Part shown: positions 9,096 through 17,662 of the stretch, in pieces
Layout of the letters: each line of letters starts with the position of its first letter
Position numbering within the stretch: the stretch's first letter is position 1
Assembly (NCBI GenBank): GCA_031288185.1
Contig: JAITRZ010000003.1
Span: 98-64,097 of the forward strand
DNA length: 64,000 bases
From: Coriobacteriales bacterium
GTDB lineage: Bacteria > Actinomycetota > Coriobacteriia > Coriobacteriales > UBA8131
Direction of reading: 5' to 3'
Position numbers and translations under genes: made by a program
Notes under the pieces: generated by a model
Told to the model about the DNA's origin: nothing
The model's database searches: none
Seen by the model: only the letters and a program-made list of their open reading frames with translations

Positions 9096-10864
9096 TGTTG
9101 TTGTTTTCTCTCTCTGATACAGGCGACTCAGGCGCTGGCGATTCTGCTTCGCCTTCGCCCTTCTCCCAACCGTCTGCGCCTGGCTCAGCCACGCCTGCTA
9201 GCTCGGCTGCCACTGGCGCTATCCCCGCGCCAACATCGGTGAGCCCGGCTGCCACCAGCGCGCAAACATCGGTGAGCCCGTCGCCTGCGCCCGTCAGTTC
9301 TTCTCAGGAGCCCGCGCCCCAATCAGCTACAGACACCCTCTCGTCGCTCCTGTCCGCCAGCGCTGCTGCAGGCACCGCTTCTCCGGCCGCATCCTCATCA
9401 ATATCCGCCAGCCCGGCTACCGGCGCATCAACATCCGCCAGCCCGGCTGCATCTGCTGCTGTTCCCGCTGGTGCCACTCCTGCACCAACATCCGCCAGCC
9501 CGGCTGCATCTGCTGCTGTTCCCGCTGGTGCCACTCCTGCACCAACATCCGCCGGCCCGGCTACCGGCGCATCAACATCCGCCAGTTCGCCGCCAACGCC
9601 TGCCGCTTCTTCTCAAGCATCCGCGTCCGCCTCAGGCATACCCGTCACTTCGTCATCTGCGCCTGCGCCCCGACTCGCCACAGATAGCAGTCCGGCACCG
9701 AGCCCTGCCATCCGTGACCTCCCCCTGCCTTCCCCTGCACCACCCCCTCCCTCTGGCTCTCCAACATCTCTACCGCCGCTCGTTTCCCCGGCGCCTCTTT
9801 CTGCCCCTGCCGCTTCTTTGTCATCCCCTCGCCCTGCTGCGAGTGCCATCCCTGCGCCCACTCCTCAAGCTGCTCGGCCAGCGGCCGCGCTGGCTGCTGT
9901 GCGTCCCGCCAGTATCAAGGGCCAAAATGGGGCCAAAAAGGATGCGAAGGCGCCAGGTGCCTCAGCCGCACCCAAACGCCCTAGGCGCAAGCTCCGCCTG
10001 CGCGAGAAGCTGCTTATCTTTGCCGTTATCCTGATTGCCCTTGTGATGGCCTTGGTCTTTCTGCTGATTATGCCCACCTATACCCAGCTGGTTGTTGTTG
10101 AGCAAGAGTACAGCGACCTAGCCTCTCAAAGACAAACAACTGACACTACCATCGCCACCATACCTGGCAATCAGGAGCGCATTGGACGTGAACAGCTGCG
10201 CTATAACGATTTTTTGCAGAAATACCAGGCACCCATGTTGCCGGAGGATCTGGACAGAATGGTTACTGTCCTTTTAGAGGATTGTGGTTTTCGAGTGTCG
10301 TCACTCACGCTGAGCCCCCTGGCTACTGAAACCGTGGACAGTCGGCAGATTCTTCAGCCCAGCTGGCAGGTTCCCACAGCGGCCGATCCTCTGGCACAGC
10401 AGGCAACGTCGCCTTTGGGGGGCACGTTGGCGGGCAGCAGCCAGGATGCAGCCACGATAGCCGGCCTTGAGCCATCCACCGAGGGCAGCGCGGATCAATC
10501 TCCTGAATATGCGGCGCAAGCTAGCACTTATTCCGCCGATAGCGCTGCCGCCAGCGCGAGCAGTGCTACCGTAAGCTCCGGCTCCGGGGCTTCGGTGATG
10601 CTGTATAACGTCAACGCCTCAGTACAGGGTTCAAATGATAACTTCTATATCTTGCTGGACAGGAAAGCCTCTTCACCCTGGATCTCCATTGGCGATTACA
10701 CTCTTGTACTAAGCGCGCCAGCAACCTCCTCTTCCGCCACCACTACCACCACTACCACCACTACCCCTTCTTCTAATGGCGATACGGGTAGGAGCGATTT
10801 GACAACCTTTAGCCTCCAGCTCAAGATCTATGTACACCCCCTGGCCACTCTCAAGACCCCCTGA
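9092..10864 (+). CDS. pilO: PilO-like protein with a roughly 300-aa Pro/Ala/Ser-rich N-terminal extension
   Basis: The start overlaps the pilN stop (GTGATG). A TM ('LLIFAVILIALVMALVFLLIM') is followed by a coiled-coil and '...MLPEDLDRMVTVLLEDCGFRVSSLTLSPL', a PilO-like core. The N-terminal 300 aa are low complexity. There is a poly-Thr run near the C-terminus. Confidence 0.55.
   Translation: MMLLFSLSDTGDSGAGDSASPSPFSQPSAPGSATPASSAATGAIPAPTSVSPAATSAQTSVSPSPAPVSSSQEPAPQSATDTLSSLLSASAAAGTASPAASSSISASPATGASTSASPAASAAVPAGATPAPTSASPAASAAVPAGATPAPTSAGPATGASTSASSPPTPAASSQASASASGIPVTSSSAPAPRLATDSSPAPSPAIRDLPLPSPAPPPPSGSPTSLPPLVSPAPLSAPAASLSSPRPAASAIPAPTPQAARPAAALAAVRPASIKGQNGAKKDAKAPGASAAPKRPRRKLRLREKLLIFAVILIALVMALVFLLIMPTYTQLVVVEQEYSDLASQRQTTDTTIATIPGNQERIGREQLRYNDFLQKYQAPMLPEDLDRMVTVLLEDCGFRVSSLTLSPLATETVDSRQILQPSWQVPTAADPLAQQATSPLGGTLAGSSQDAATIAGLEPSTEGSADQSPEYAAQASTYSADSAAASASSATVSSGSGASVMLYNVNASVQGSNDNFYILLDRKASSPWISIGDYTLVLSAPATSSSATTTTTTTTTPSSNGDTGRSDLTTFSLQLKIYVHPLATLKTP
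9431..9544. repeat. Perfect 57-bp tandem duplication (2 copies) inside the pilO-like gene
   Basis: 9431-9487 is identical to 9488-9544. Each copy encodes TSASPAASAAVPAGATPAP. A partial third copy follows. Confidence 0.9.
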
Positions 10865-10964
10865 GCGTTGTTATGCGGTGTGCGCTTACAAGAATGCGCC
10901 TGAACAGGGCGATGTGGCTGTGGCGCATGGGGCCGCGGCACGCGTCAGTTAGGAGACGGACGAC

Positions 10965-12662
10965 ATGATAGACCCCCGGCAGGTTCGGATCGGCGACCTA
11001 CTTAAAGAATATGGTTATGTCAATGATGACCAGATAACTCAGGCTCTGGTGTACCAGAAGCAGCATGACGTGCGTCTGGGCCAGGCGGTTATCGATCTGG
11101 GTTTTGTCTCTGAGAAGGAGTTTTTGCAGGCCCTGTCGCATAAGACCGGATATCCTCTGGTTAACATGGATAGAATTCCGGTTGATGCCACGGTGGTAGG
11201 AGAACTGCCGCGAGAGCTGGCTGAAAACGCCACGGCCATAGCCATCAGCGAAGAGCAGGGCACTGTGTTGGTGGTGACCAACGACCCCCTTAACATGTTT
11301 GCGCTCAATGAGATAGAGCAGGTGTTGGGTCGACCCATGCAGTTGGGAATCGCTGATCAGGCTTCTATCAAACAGGCCATCAAAAATTACTACACTGAGG
11401 TTGAGGCCATGGCGGCCATCGGCAAAATGCACATCGCCTCCGGAGTGCCGGTTTTGCCTGAAATCGAGGAAATCAGCAGTGTGGATCTGGGCGATGATAC
11501 CACGCCAGTTGTTAATCTGCTTAATTCACTGATGATTCGTTCCTATGCGGCGGGTGCCTCGGATCTGCACTTGGAGCCCTTTACCCAAACCTGCAAAGTG
11601 CGAATGCGTGTGGACGGCGCGCTTATCCACTACGCGGATATTCCCCGCAACGTCCATCCCGCGCTTATCGTGCGCCTAAAGATAATGAGCAACCTGGACA
11701 TTGCTGAAAAACGCCTGCCTCAGGACGGTCACTATCGAGTACTCCTGGAAGGAGTAGACTTAAATGTGCGCCTGTCCGTGATTCCAACGGTGCATGGTGA
11801 AAAGGCGGTCATGCGTTTTCTCACTACCAACACCACCATTGACCATGCCGAGCACTACGGCATGATTGATGAAGATTACGAGAAGTTTCAAACAATACTG
11901 GCCAACCCCAACGGCATCATCTACATCACTGGCCCCACCGGTTCTGGTAAGACCACCACCATGTACATGGCACTGGAACATTATCTGCAAAAACCGGTGA
12001 ACATCTCCTCCATTGAAGACCCAGTGGAGCGCACCATCGAGGGCATCAATCAGGTGCAGGTTAACCAGATGGCCGACATGACCTTTGACCGTGGCCTGCG
12101 TTCGTTGCTGCGCCAGGATCCTGACATCATCATGGTGGGCGAGACCCGTGACGCTGAAACCGCCTCCATTTCTGTAAGCGCGGCTATTACGGGCCACCTA
12201 GTACTCTCAACGCTGCACACAAACGACGCTCTTACCTCTATTGTGCGCCTGGAAGATATGGGTATACCCAATTACCTGGTGGGCAACTCACTGGTTGGGT
12301 TGGTGGCTCAGCGCCTGGTGCGCAAGGTTTGCGATAACTGCCGCGATGAGTACCTGCCCTCTGAGTTGGATCTGCTGAACCTGCGCGTCACCGCAGCAGA
12401 AGTTCCCCGCCTGGCCATTGGCCGTGGCTGCCACCTGTGCAATAACACCGGTTACAAAGGACGCACGGCCGTTCATGAAATTGTCCCAATTGATAAAAGA
12501 TTTCAACGGATGATTGCCGAGGGAAAGACCCTGTCAGAACTCTCTGACTATGCCCGCAAGCGGCTGGGGATGAAAACACTGCGCGAGCGAGCTCAGTTGC
12601 TTGTACTGGATGGTATAACTACGATGGAAGAGTTCATGCGTATCGGCGAAACGGTAGACTAA
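10965..12662 (+). CDS. pilB: Type IV pilus extension ATPase PilB (GspE family) with an MshEN-type N-domain
   Basis: 565 aa. Walker A 'GPTGSGKTTT', 'RQDPDIIMVGETRD', 'TGHLVLSTLHTN', and a C-terminal tetracysteine 'CDNC...CHLCNNTGYKGR'. The N-terminus carries two RLGxx..G..L..L..Q motifs. Confidence 0.92.
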   Translation: MIDPRQVRIGDLLKEYGYVNDDQITQALVYQKQHDVRLGQAVIDLGFVSEKEFLQALSHKTGYPLVNMDRIPVDATVVGELPRELAENATAIAISEEQGTVLVVTNDPLNMFALNEIEQVLGRPMQLGIADQASIKQAIKNYYTEVEAMAAIGKMHIASGVPVLPEIEEISSVDLGDDTTPVVNLLNSLMIRSYAAGASDLHLEPFTQTCKVRMRVDGALIHYADIPRNVHPALIVRLKIMSNLDIAEKRLPQDGHYRVLLEGVDLNVRLSVIPTVHGEKAVMRFLTTNTTIDHAEHYGMIDEDYEKFQTILANPNGIIYITGPTGSGKTTTMYMALEHYLQKPVNISSIEDPVERTIEGINQVQVNQMADMTFDRGLRSLLRQDPDIIMVGETRDAETASISVSAAITGHLVLSTLHTNDALTSIVRLEDMGIPNYLVGNSLVGLVAQRLVRKVCDNCRDEYLPSELDLLNLRVTAAEVPRLAIGRGCHLCNNTGYKGRTAVHEIVPIDKRFQRMIAEGKTLSELSDYARKRLGMKTLRERAQLLVLDGITTMEEFMRIGETVD

Positions 12663-12696
12663 CCGTTTGGCAGCCAGTACAACCGTTTGGCAGCCA
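12661..12696. repeat. 16-bp direct repeat x2 (aaccgtttggcagcca), 20-bp period
   Basis: Copies at 12661-12676 and 12681-12696, between the pilB stop and the pilT RBS. Confidence 0.85.
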
Positions 12697-12712
12697 CTAA
12701 AGGAGGAAGCGC

Positions 12713-13783
12713 ATGCCCGCTATCAGCATTGAACAACTGACCAACTATGGCCGCGAGCACGCCTGTTCAGACTTGCACATCACCGCTCAGCAGCCACCGA
12801 CCTATCGTTATCTGGGCAAACTTATCCAAGGTCCCTTTACCGGCAGTAAGCAGGATTATCATGACACCATCTTGTCGCTGCTTAATAACCGGCAGAAGGA
12901 GCTGCTGGGGATGGGTGAGGATCTGGACTTTTCCTTTGCGGATGCCCTTGGCAATCGTTACCGCGCAAACGTCTTTCGCGCCCAAAACGAACTGGCCTGC
13001 GCCATCCGCCTTTTGCGTGACGACATCCCCTCGCTGCCCGATCTAAAGCTGCCCCCCGTCATCCAGCAGCTGTGTGAGGAGCCACGGGGTATCATACTGG
13101 TAACCGGTCCCACCGGCTCAGGCAAATCAACCACGTTGGCGGCAATGATCGACTACATCAACACCAACCGTCGGCAGCATATTATCACGATAGAAGACCC
13201 CATTGAGTATGTGCATCAGCACAAAAACTGTCTGGTACATCAGCGCGAGTTGCATCGTGACGTTGGCTCCTTTGCCGATGCCCTGCGCTCGGCCATGCGT
13301 GAAGATCCCGACGTTATCCTGGTGGGCGAGATGCGTGACTACGAGACCATTTCCGCTGCCGTAACTGCCGCTGAAACCGGGCACCTGGTGTTTTCTACCC
13401 TACATACTACCGGCGCCTCTCAAACTATCGACCGTATTGTTGACGTGTATCCGGCGCATTCCCAGGGCATGATTCGCTCCCAGCTATCCGGCGTGTTGCG
13501 GGCGGTTATTACCCAGACCCTGTTGCCCCTGGCAGACGACAGCGGGCGCATTGTGGCCACCGAGATACTGGTGGGTACCGATGCCGTGTTGGCCCAAATT
13601 CGTGAGGGCAAGTTCCATCAGTTGACCTCGGCGATGCAGGCTGGCGGTGCTCAGGGTATGCACACTCTTGCCGGCGATCTATCCGCGCTTGTTAAACAGC
13701 GCTTGATAACCCCGGAAGTGGCAGAAAATGCTGTGAGTGACAAGGCGGAGCTGGCGCAATACCTGGGGCTGTATGTGCAATAG
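12713..13783 (+). CDS. pilT: Type IV pilus retraction ATPase PilT
   Basis: 356 aa. 'ACSDLHITAQQPPTYR', Walker A 'GPTGSGKSTT', 'REDPDVILVGEMRD', 'TGHLVFSTLHT' and 'EILVGTDAVLAQIREGK' fit the PilT family. Confidence 0.9.
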   Translation: MPAISIEQLTNYGREHACSDLHITAQQPPTYRYLGKLIQGPFTGSKQDYHDTILSLLNNRQKELLGMGEDLDFSFADALGNRYRANVFRAQNELACAIRLLRDDIPSLPDLKLPPVIQQLCEEPRGIILVTGPTGSGKSTTLAAMIDYINTNRRQHIITIEDPIEYVHQHKNCLVHQRELHRDVGSFADALRSAMREDPDVILVGEMRDYETISAAVTAAETGHLVFSTLHTTGASQTIDRIVDVYPAHSQGMIRSQLSGVLRAVITQTLLPLADDSGRIVATEILVGTDAVLAQIREGKFHQLTSAMQAGGAQGMHTLAGDLSALVKQRLITPEVAENAVSDKAELAQYLGLYVQ

Positions 13784-13903
13784 CGCGCGGGCTGGTGCAG
13801 GCGACCTGCCCAGGCGCAGGCGTTGGTGTGCGAGCAAGTGACCAGCGTGTATGCCAGTGGTTTGTAGGCGCAAAAACGACAGGCAGGGGTGGCAGTAACA
13901 GGC

Positions 13904-14563
13904 ATGCCTTCTTATGGTGCCGAGGCCCTTGTCCTCAAGAAAACCAAACTGGGGGAAACCGATACTGTCTTTACCCTGCTAACCACCGATGGCCGGCAGA
14001 TACGTGCCGTGGCCAAGGCCGCCCGCAAGCCTGGCTCCAGTTTGGGGGCACGCCTGGAACCGGGTTATCTGGTTGAGGTGCGATTGCACACCGGCAGGTC
14101 ATTAGAGGTTATCAGTGAGGTGCGATTGAGGGAGCCCAACCGCGCCTCTTTTGTGGATTTGGAACATACTGCCGCCGTCTCAGTGGTGCTGGAGCTGGCT
14201 GAGAAATCAACCCGCGATTTTAATGCGGAACCGATGGTTTTTAACATGTCAGTAGAAGCGTTGCGTTGTATCGGCCTGGCACAGGGCGCAGCTTCGGCCC
14301 TGATTGCCGCCGCCGCCCTGCTCAAACTCTCTGCGGCCTTGGGCTTTAGACCCACCCTGGCCGAAGCCCCCCTGCCAGCTACCATTGATCCTGCCTGGCT
14401 TGAACGCTTGCTTACCACACATTTTGCTGATCTGGTGGACGCAAGCGCACAGCCTTACGACTCTGTTGCCGCCACCTTGCTGTGCTTCGCACGAAACTGG
14501 CTTGTACAGCATCTGGAAATTCGCCTGAAATCCCTTGATGTGTTGTTGAGCCTTTGGGAATAG
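13904..14563 (+). CDS. recO: DNA repair protein RecO
   Basis: 'MPSYGAEALVLKKTKLGETDTVFTLLTTDGRQIRAVAKAARK' is the RecO N-terminal OB-fold pattern. An alternative start lies at 13889. Confidence 0.8.
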   Translation: MPSYGAEALVLKKTKLGETDTVFTLLTTDGRQIRAVAKAARKPGSSLGARLEPGYLVEVRLHTGRSLEVISEVRLREPNRASFVDLEHTAAVSVVLELAEKSTRDFNAEPMVFNMSVEALRCIGLAQGAASALIAAAALLKLSAALGFRPTLAEAPLPATIDPAWLERLLTTHFADLVDASAQPYDSVAATLLCFARNWLVQHLEIRLKSLDVLLSLWE

Positions 14564-14677
14564 TGCTATCGTTATACTGCCAGAAACAGTGATCCCAGAA
14601 GTTGGAGGCGTGCGGCTGTGACGTTAGCGCCCTTTCCAATGATGCTGGAAAATAGATCTTAGAAGTTGGAGGTGTGT

Positions 14678-15049
14678 GTGACGGAAAGCCCAGAGTCCAA
14701 ACACCTGGCGTTGCTGGCGGCTGAGGCCGCTGAATCCAAGAAAGCCAGCGATGTGTTGATAATTGATGTGAAGCCTACCTTGGCGATAGTTGATTACTTT
14801 ATCATTGCCACGGCACCCACCGGCCGTCACTTGTCTGCCATTGCCGAGGCCATCGAGGAGCGCCTGCGCGAAGAAGCCGGCCGTAAACCTTTAGGAAGGG
14901 AGGGCATGGAATGGCTTAACTGGATACTCTTGGATTACGGAGACATTGTTGTTCATCTCTTCCTGCCGCAGGTGCGGGAGTTCTATCGCCTGGAAAATCT
15001 GTTTAATGATGCCACCTTCTTGCGCTTGCCCCATGGGGCGCACGAGTGA
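14678..15049 (+). CDS. rsfS: Ribosome silencing factor RsfS
   Basis: 'DYFIIATAPTGRHLSAIAEAIEE...WILLDYGDIVVHLFLPQVREFYRLENLF' fits the RsfS/Iojap family. GGAGG precedes GTG at 14678; the ORF track starts at TTG 14666. Confidence 0.85.
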   Translation: MTESPESKHLALLAAEAAESKKASDVLIIDVKPTLAIVDYFIIATAPTGRHLSAIAEAIEERLREEAGRKPLGREGMEWLNWILLDYGDIVVHLFLPQVREFYRLENLFNDATFLRLPHGAHE

Positions 15050-15091
15050 TCAGAGGGGTAAATGAAGGGCCACCCGTGCACCCCCATGGGG

Positions 15092-15130
15092 TGGGGGAGG
15101 CCAAAACGAATGGGGGAAGGCCAAAACAAG
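15092..15130. repeat. Roughly 19-bp tandem repeat x2 (tgggggaggccaaaacgaa / tgggggaaggccaaaacaag), flanked by copies of the palindrome CCCCATGGGG
   Basis: Read directly. CCCCATGGGG occurs at 15029, 15082 and 15170. Confidence 0.8.
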
Positions 15131-15257
15131 CCAGCCATCATTGAGGGGTCATTTGCGCGCCCCATGGGGTGAGGGCATTACCCGCGCGGCGTGTCCCAGT
15201 GCGGCTGTGCCCAACAAACCGAGTGTCGCTCGTATCTAGCCCGCGCGAGATAGTTTC

Positions 15258-16037
15258 TCAGTCGATCTGTTGGTAATATACGTCTAGCACCGTCTCATAG
15301 ACGGCATCTTCATCAAGGTAGTATTCTGCGTATATCTCACCCATAGCTATAATGCTAGTTAAGGTAACTATTTCTAGGCTCGGATCACCTTGGGCAATTT
15401 GTGGAGATAGATAGCTAAATTCACTGATGCTCAGATTGGTTAGGGAATAGGCGGCTGTTGTCTCCAAAAGACTCAACAACATGGCAGGGTTCTCTTTGGT
15501 GCGCTGAAAAGCCTGCGTGGCAAAGGCCCTGATGTACTGCATTTGACGCGCTTGACGGTCAAGCGAAGAGTTAATATCAAATTGATCACGCCGCCTAATG
15601 TATAAGTATGCGTGCTCGCCCAGAAGTACCGTATCCACTCCTTCAACAATGTCTGTTTCAGGAATGCTTTGCAGGGGTGTAAGGGTGACACCGCCAAGGA
15701 AATCGGCCAAAGGCACAAGACCGCTCATATTGAGCGTAAAGTAATAAGTGATGGGCATATTGTACAAGACACGGGAGACAGCCTTAACGGTATTTTCACA
15801 GCTCTATTCCCTGCCATCACCATAACTATATGAGAGGCAGAGCTGCATGACGCTCTGGCCAACAAAGGCGTCTCCCCCTTGCCAAGCCTTCTTTGCGCCA
15901 TCCTCAACAACTTTGATCCAGAAGCAATTTTGACCGTTCGCAGTGATATTCAAACCGTTCATTTCGCTGGAAAACGCACCTGCTGGGCGCGCAGAGCGTA
16001 CCACCACCGTGTTGACGATGTTAGCTGCCTGCGGCAC
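15258..16037 (-). pseudogene. LytR-CpsA-Psr (LCP) family gene interrupted by an in-frame TAG and lacking an N-terminal anchor
   Basis: ORFs 15258-15767 and 15804-16037 are in the same frame, separated by one TAG (15804-15806). The joined sequence reads '...LSYSYGDGRE*SCENTVKAVSRVLYNMPITYYFTLNMSGLVPLADFLGGV...RQARQMQ', an LCP-domain pattern. A second TAG closes the frame at 16038-16040, so no TM or N-terminus is left. Confidence 0.55.
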
Positions 16038-16143
16038 CTATCAGGTACGTCAATCAAGGGGATAAGGTTGCACTGGCACTGTTTAGGATTGTGAGGCGGG
16101 CAGGTATGGAGAGAGTGTGCCGCGACAGGGGCGCGCTCTTAGG

Positions 16144-17421
16144 TTATTGGAATAAGCAAAATCTTACATACAGGTAGATACCTGAAAGGATAATGGACAG
16201 CACCATCATCGGCGCGCCTATCTTGAGATAGGCAAGGTAGGAAAGGGGATAACCTTCGCGCGTGGAAATGCCTGAAAGCACAACGTTGGCGCTCGCGCCT
16301 ATCAAAGTGCCATTGCCCCCCAAACAGGCACCCAGGGAAAGCGCCCACCACAGCGGGTAGATGTCAACGCCGCTTGCGCCCATGCTTAACAGCACAGGGA
16401 TCATCGTGGCCACAAAGGGAATGTTATCCAGCACTGCGGAAATCAGTGCAGAGGCGCCCAGGATTAAGAGCAGGGCCGCCAGCGAGTTGCTGTGGGTAGC
16501 CTCAGCCAGAAACTGCGCGAATATCTCGATAACGCCGGTGGCCGCCATGCCGCCAACCACAATAAACAGTCCGGCAAAAAAGCCGATGGTCGTCCATTCC
16601 ACCCCCAAAAGAGCCTCTTCAATGTCCACCCGCCCAATCAGTAACATAATAGCTGCTGCGCTTAGCGCTATAACCGCCGAGTCTACGTGCAACAGGCCGT
16701 GCAGCGTAAAGGCTGCGGCCACCAGCACGATCATCACCACGCTCTTTACAAACAGGCTTTTTGAGGTGATGGCCTCGTGTTCATCTAGGTTAAGCAACGC
16801 CTGCATATCCTCAGCGTCAGCCGTGAGGTGGCGGGCATAGATAAACTTGAAACCGATGATGGTTGCTATCAGTATTAGCACTACTATCGGCCCGTCTATC
16901 AGCAAAAAGTCCAAAAAGCTCAGATCTGCCGCCGAGCCTATCATGATGTTGGGCGGATCGCCTATCAGCGTGGCGGTACCGCCAATGTTGGAGGCGAGTA
17001 TCTGGGTAATAAAGAAGGGCACTGGGTTGATACGCAGTTCGCGACAGATCATCAACGTCATCGGGCCAATGAGCAAGACCGTGGTCACATTGTCCAGAAG
17101 CGCTGAGAGCGCAGCGGTGATCAGCATCAAAAAGACCATGATTCTCCAGGGATCACCCCTGGCTGCCTTGGCCGCCTTGATGGCCAGATACTCAAAGAGC
17201 CCTGAGCGTTTGGCTACCGAGACAAACAGCATCATCCCTACAAGTACGCCAAGGGTATTGAAGTCGATGTGCTCAAGTCCCTCATCAAAGGGCATCAGTT
17301 GCAGCATAAACACCAACACCGCGCCCAACAGGGCCGCCAGCGCTCGGTGCACCTTCTCAGAGATTATCAGAATCAAGACGCCGGCAAAAATGGCGATAGA
17401 CAGTATCTGGGCAAGGGTCAT
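16144..17421 (-). CDS. ArsB/NhaD-superfamily anion permease (CitMHS-like)
   Basis: 425 aa and polytopic. 'AALLGAVLVFML...IDFNTLGVLVGMMLFV...SALLDNVTTVLLIGPMT' and 'SAVLDNIPFVATMIP' repeats are typical of this superfamily. The substrate is not inferable. Confidence 0.75.
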   Translation of the reverse strand: MTLAQILSIAIFAGVLILIISEKVHRALAALLGAVLVFMLQLMPFDEGLEHIDFNTLGVLVGMMLFVSVAKRSGLFEYLAIKAAKAARGDPWRIMVFLMLITAALSALLDNVTTVLLIGPMTLMICRELRINPVPFFITQILASNIGGTATLIGDPPNIMIGSAADLSFLDFLLIDGPIVVLILIATIIGFKFIYARHLTADAEDMQALLNLDEHEAITSKSLFVKSVVMIVLVAAAFTLHGLLHVDSAVIALSAAAIMLLIGRVDIEEALLGVEWTTIGFFAGLFIVVGGMAATGVIEIFAQFLAEATHSNSLAALLLILGASALISAVLDNIPFVATMIPVLLSMGASGVDIYPLWWALSLGACLGGNGTLIGASANVVLSGISTREGYPLSYLAYLKIGAPMMVLSIILSGIYLYVRFCLFQ

Positions 17422-17662
17422 GAGGCTTCTGCTCTCCAGGCCACTGTTTCCCTTTCGCCCCTCACTTTGTGCCAGTGCGCGCCCGTTGCATTGGCCAACC
17501 TCAACCTACTCACCACCAGAAATCTAGTTTGCACCAGTTTGTGCCCGGAGCATCGCCTCCCGCCCCTCCCTTTGTTCCGGCGTGTACTCGAAGTGCTCTT
17601 CCCCGTGCCCATAAGAACCATCCCCCGGCCGCCTTCCGCCCCGTTCCTGATCGCGCAGGACA

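Noticed and set aside
9471-10034. 187-aa alternative-frame ORF and several minus-strand ORFs inside the P/A/S-rich part of the pilO-like gene.
   Set aside because: Low-complexity GC-rich repeats keep several frames open. Only the frame continuous with the TM and PilO-like core, and coupled to the pilN stop, is credible.
16361-17527. Two plus-strand ORFs (159 and 226 aa) opposite the ArsB/NhaD permease gene.
   Set aside because: They mirror a polytopic membrane gene. Their Ser/Ala/Ile-rich translations are typical antisense artefacts, and the minus-strand product has clear family motifs.
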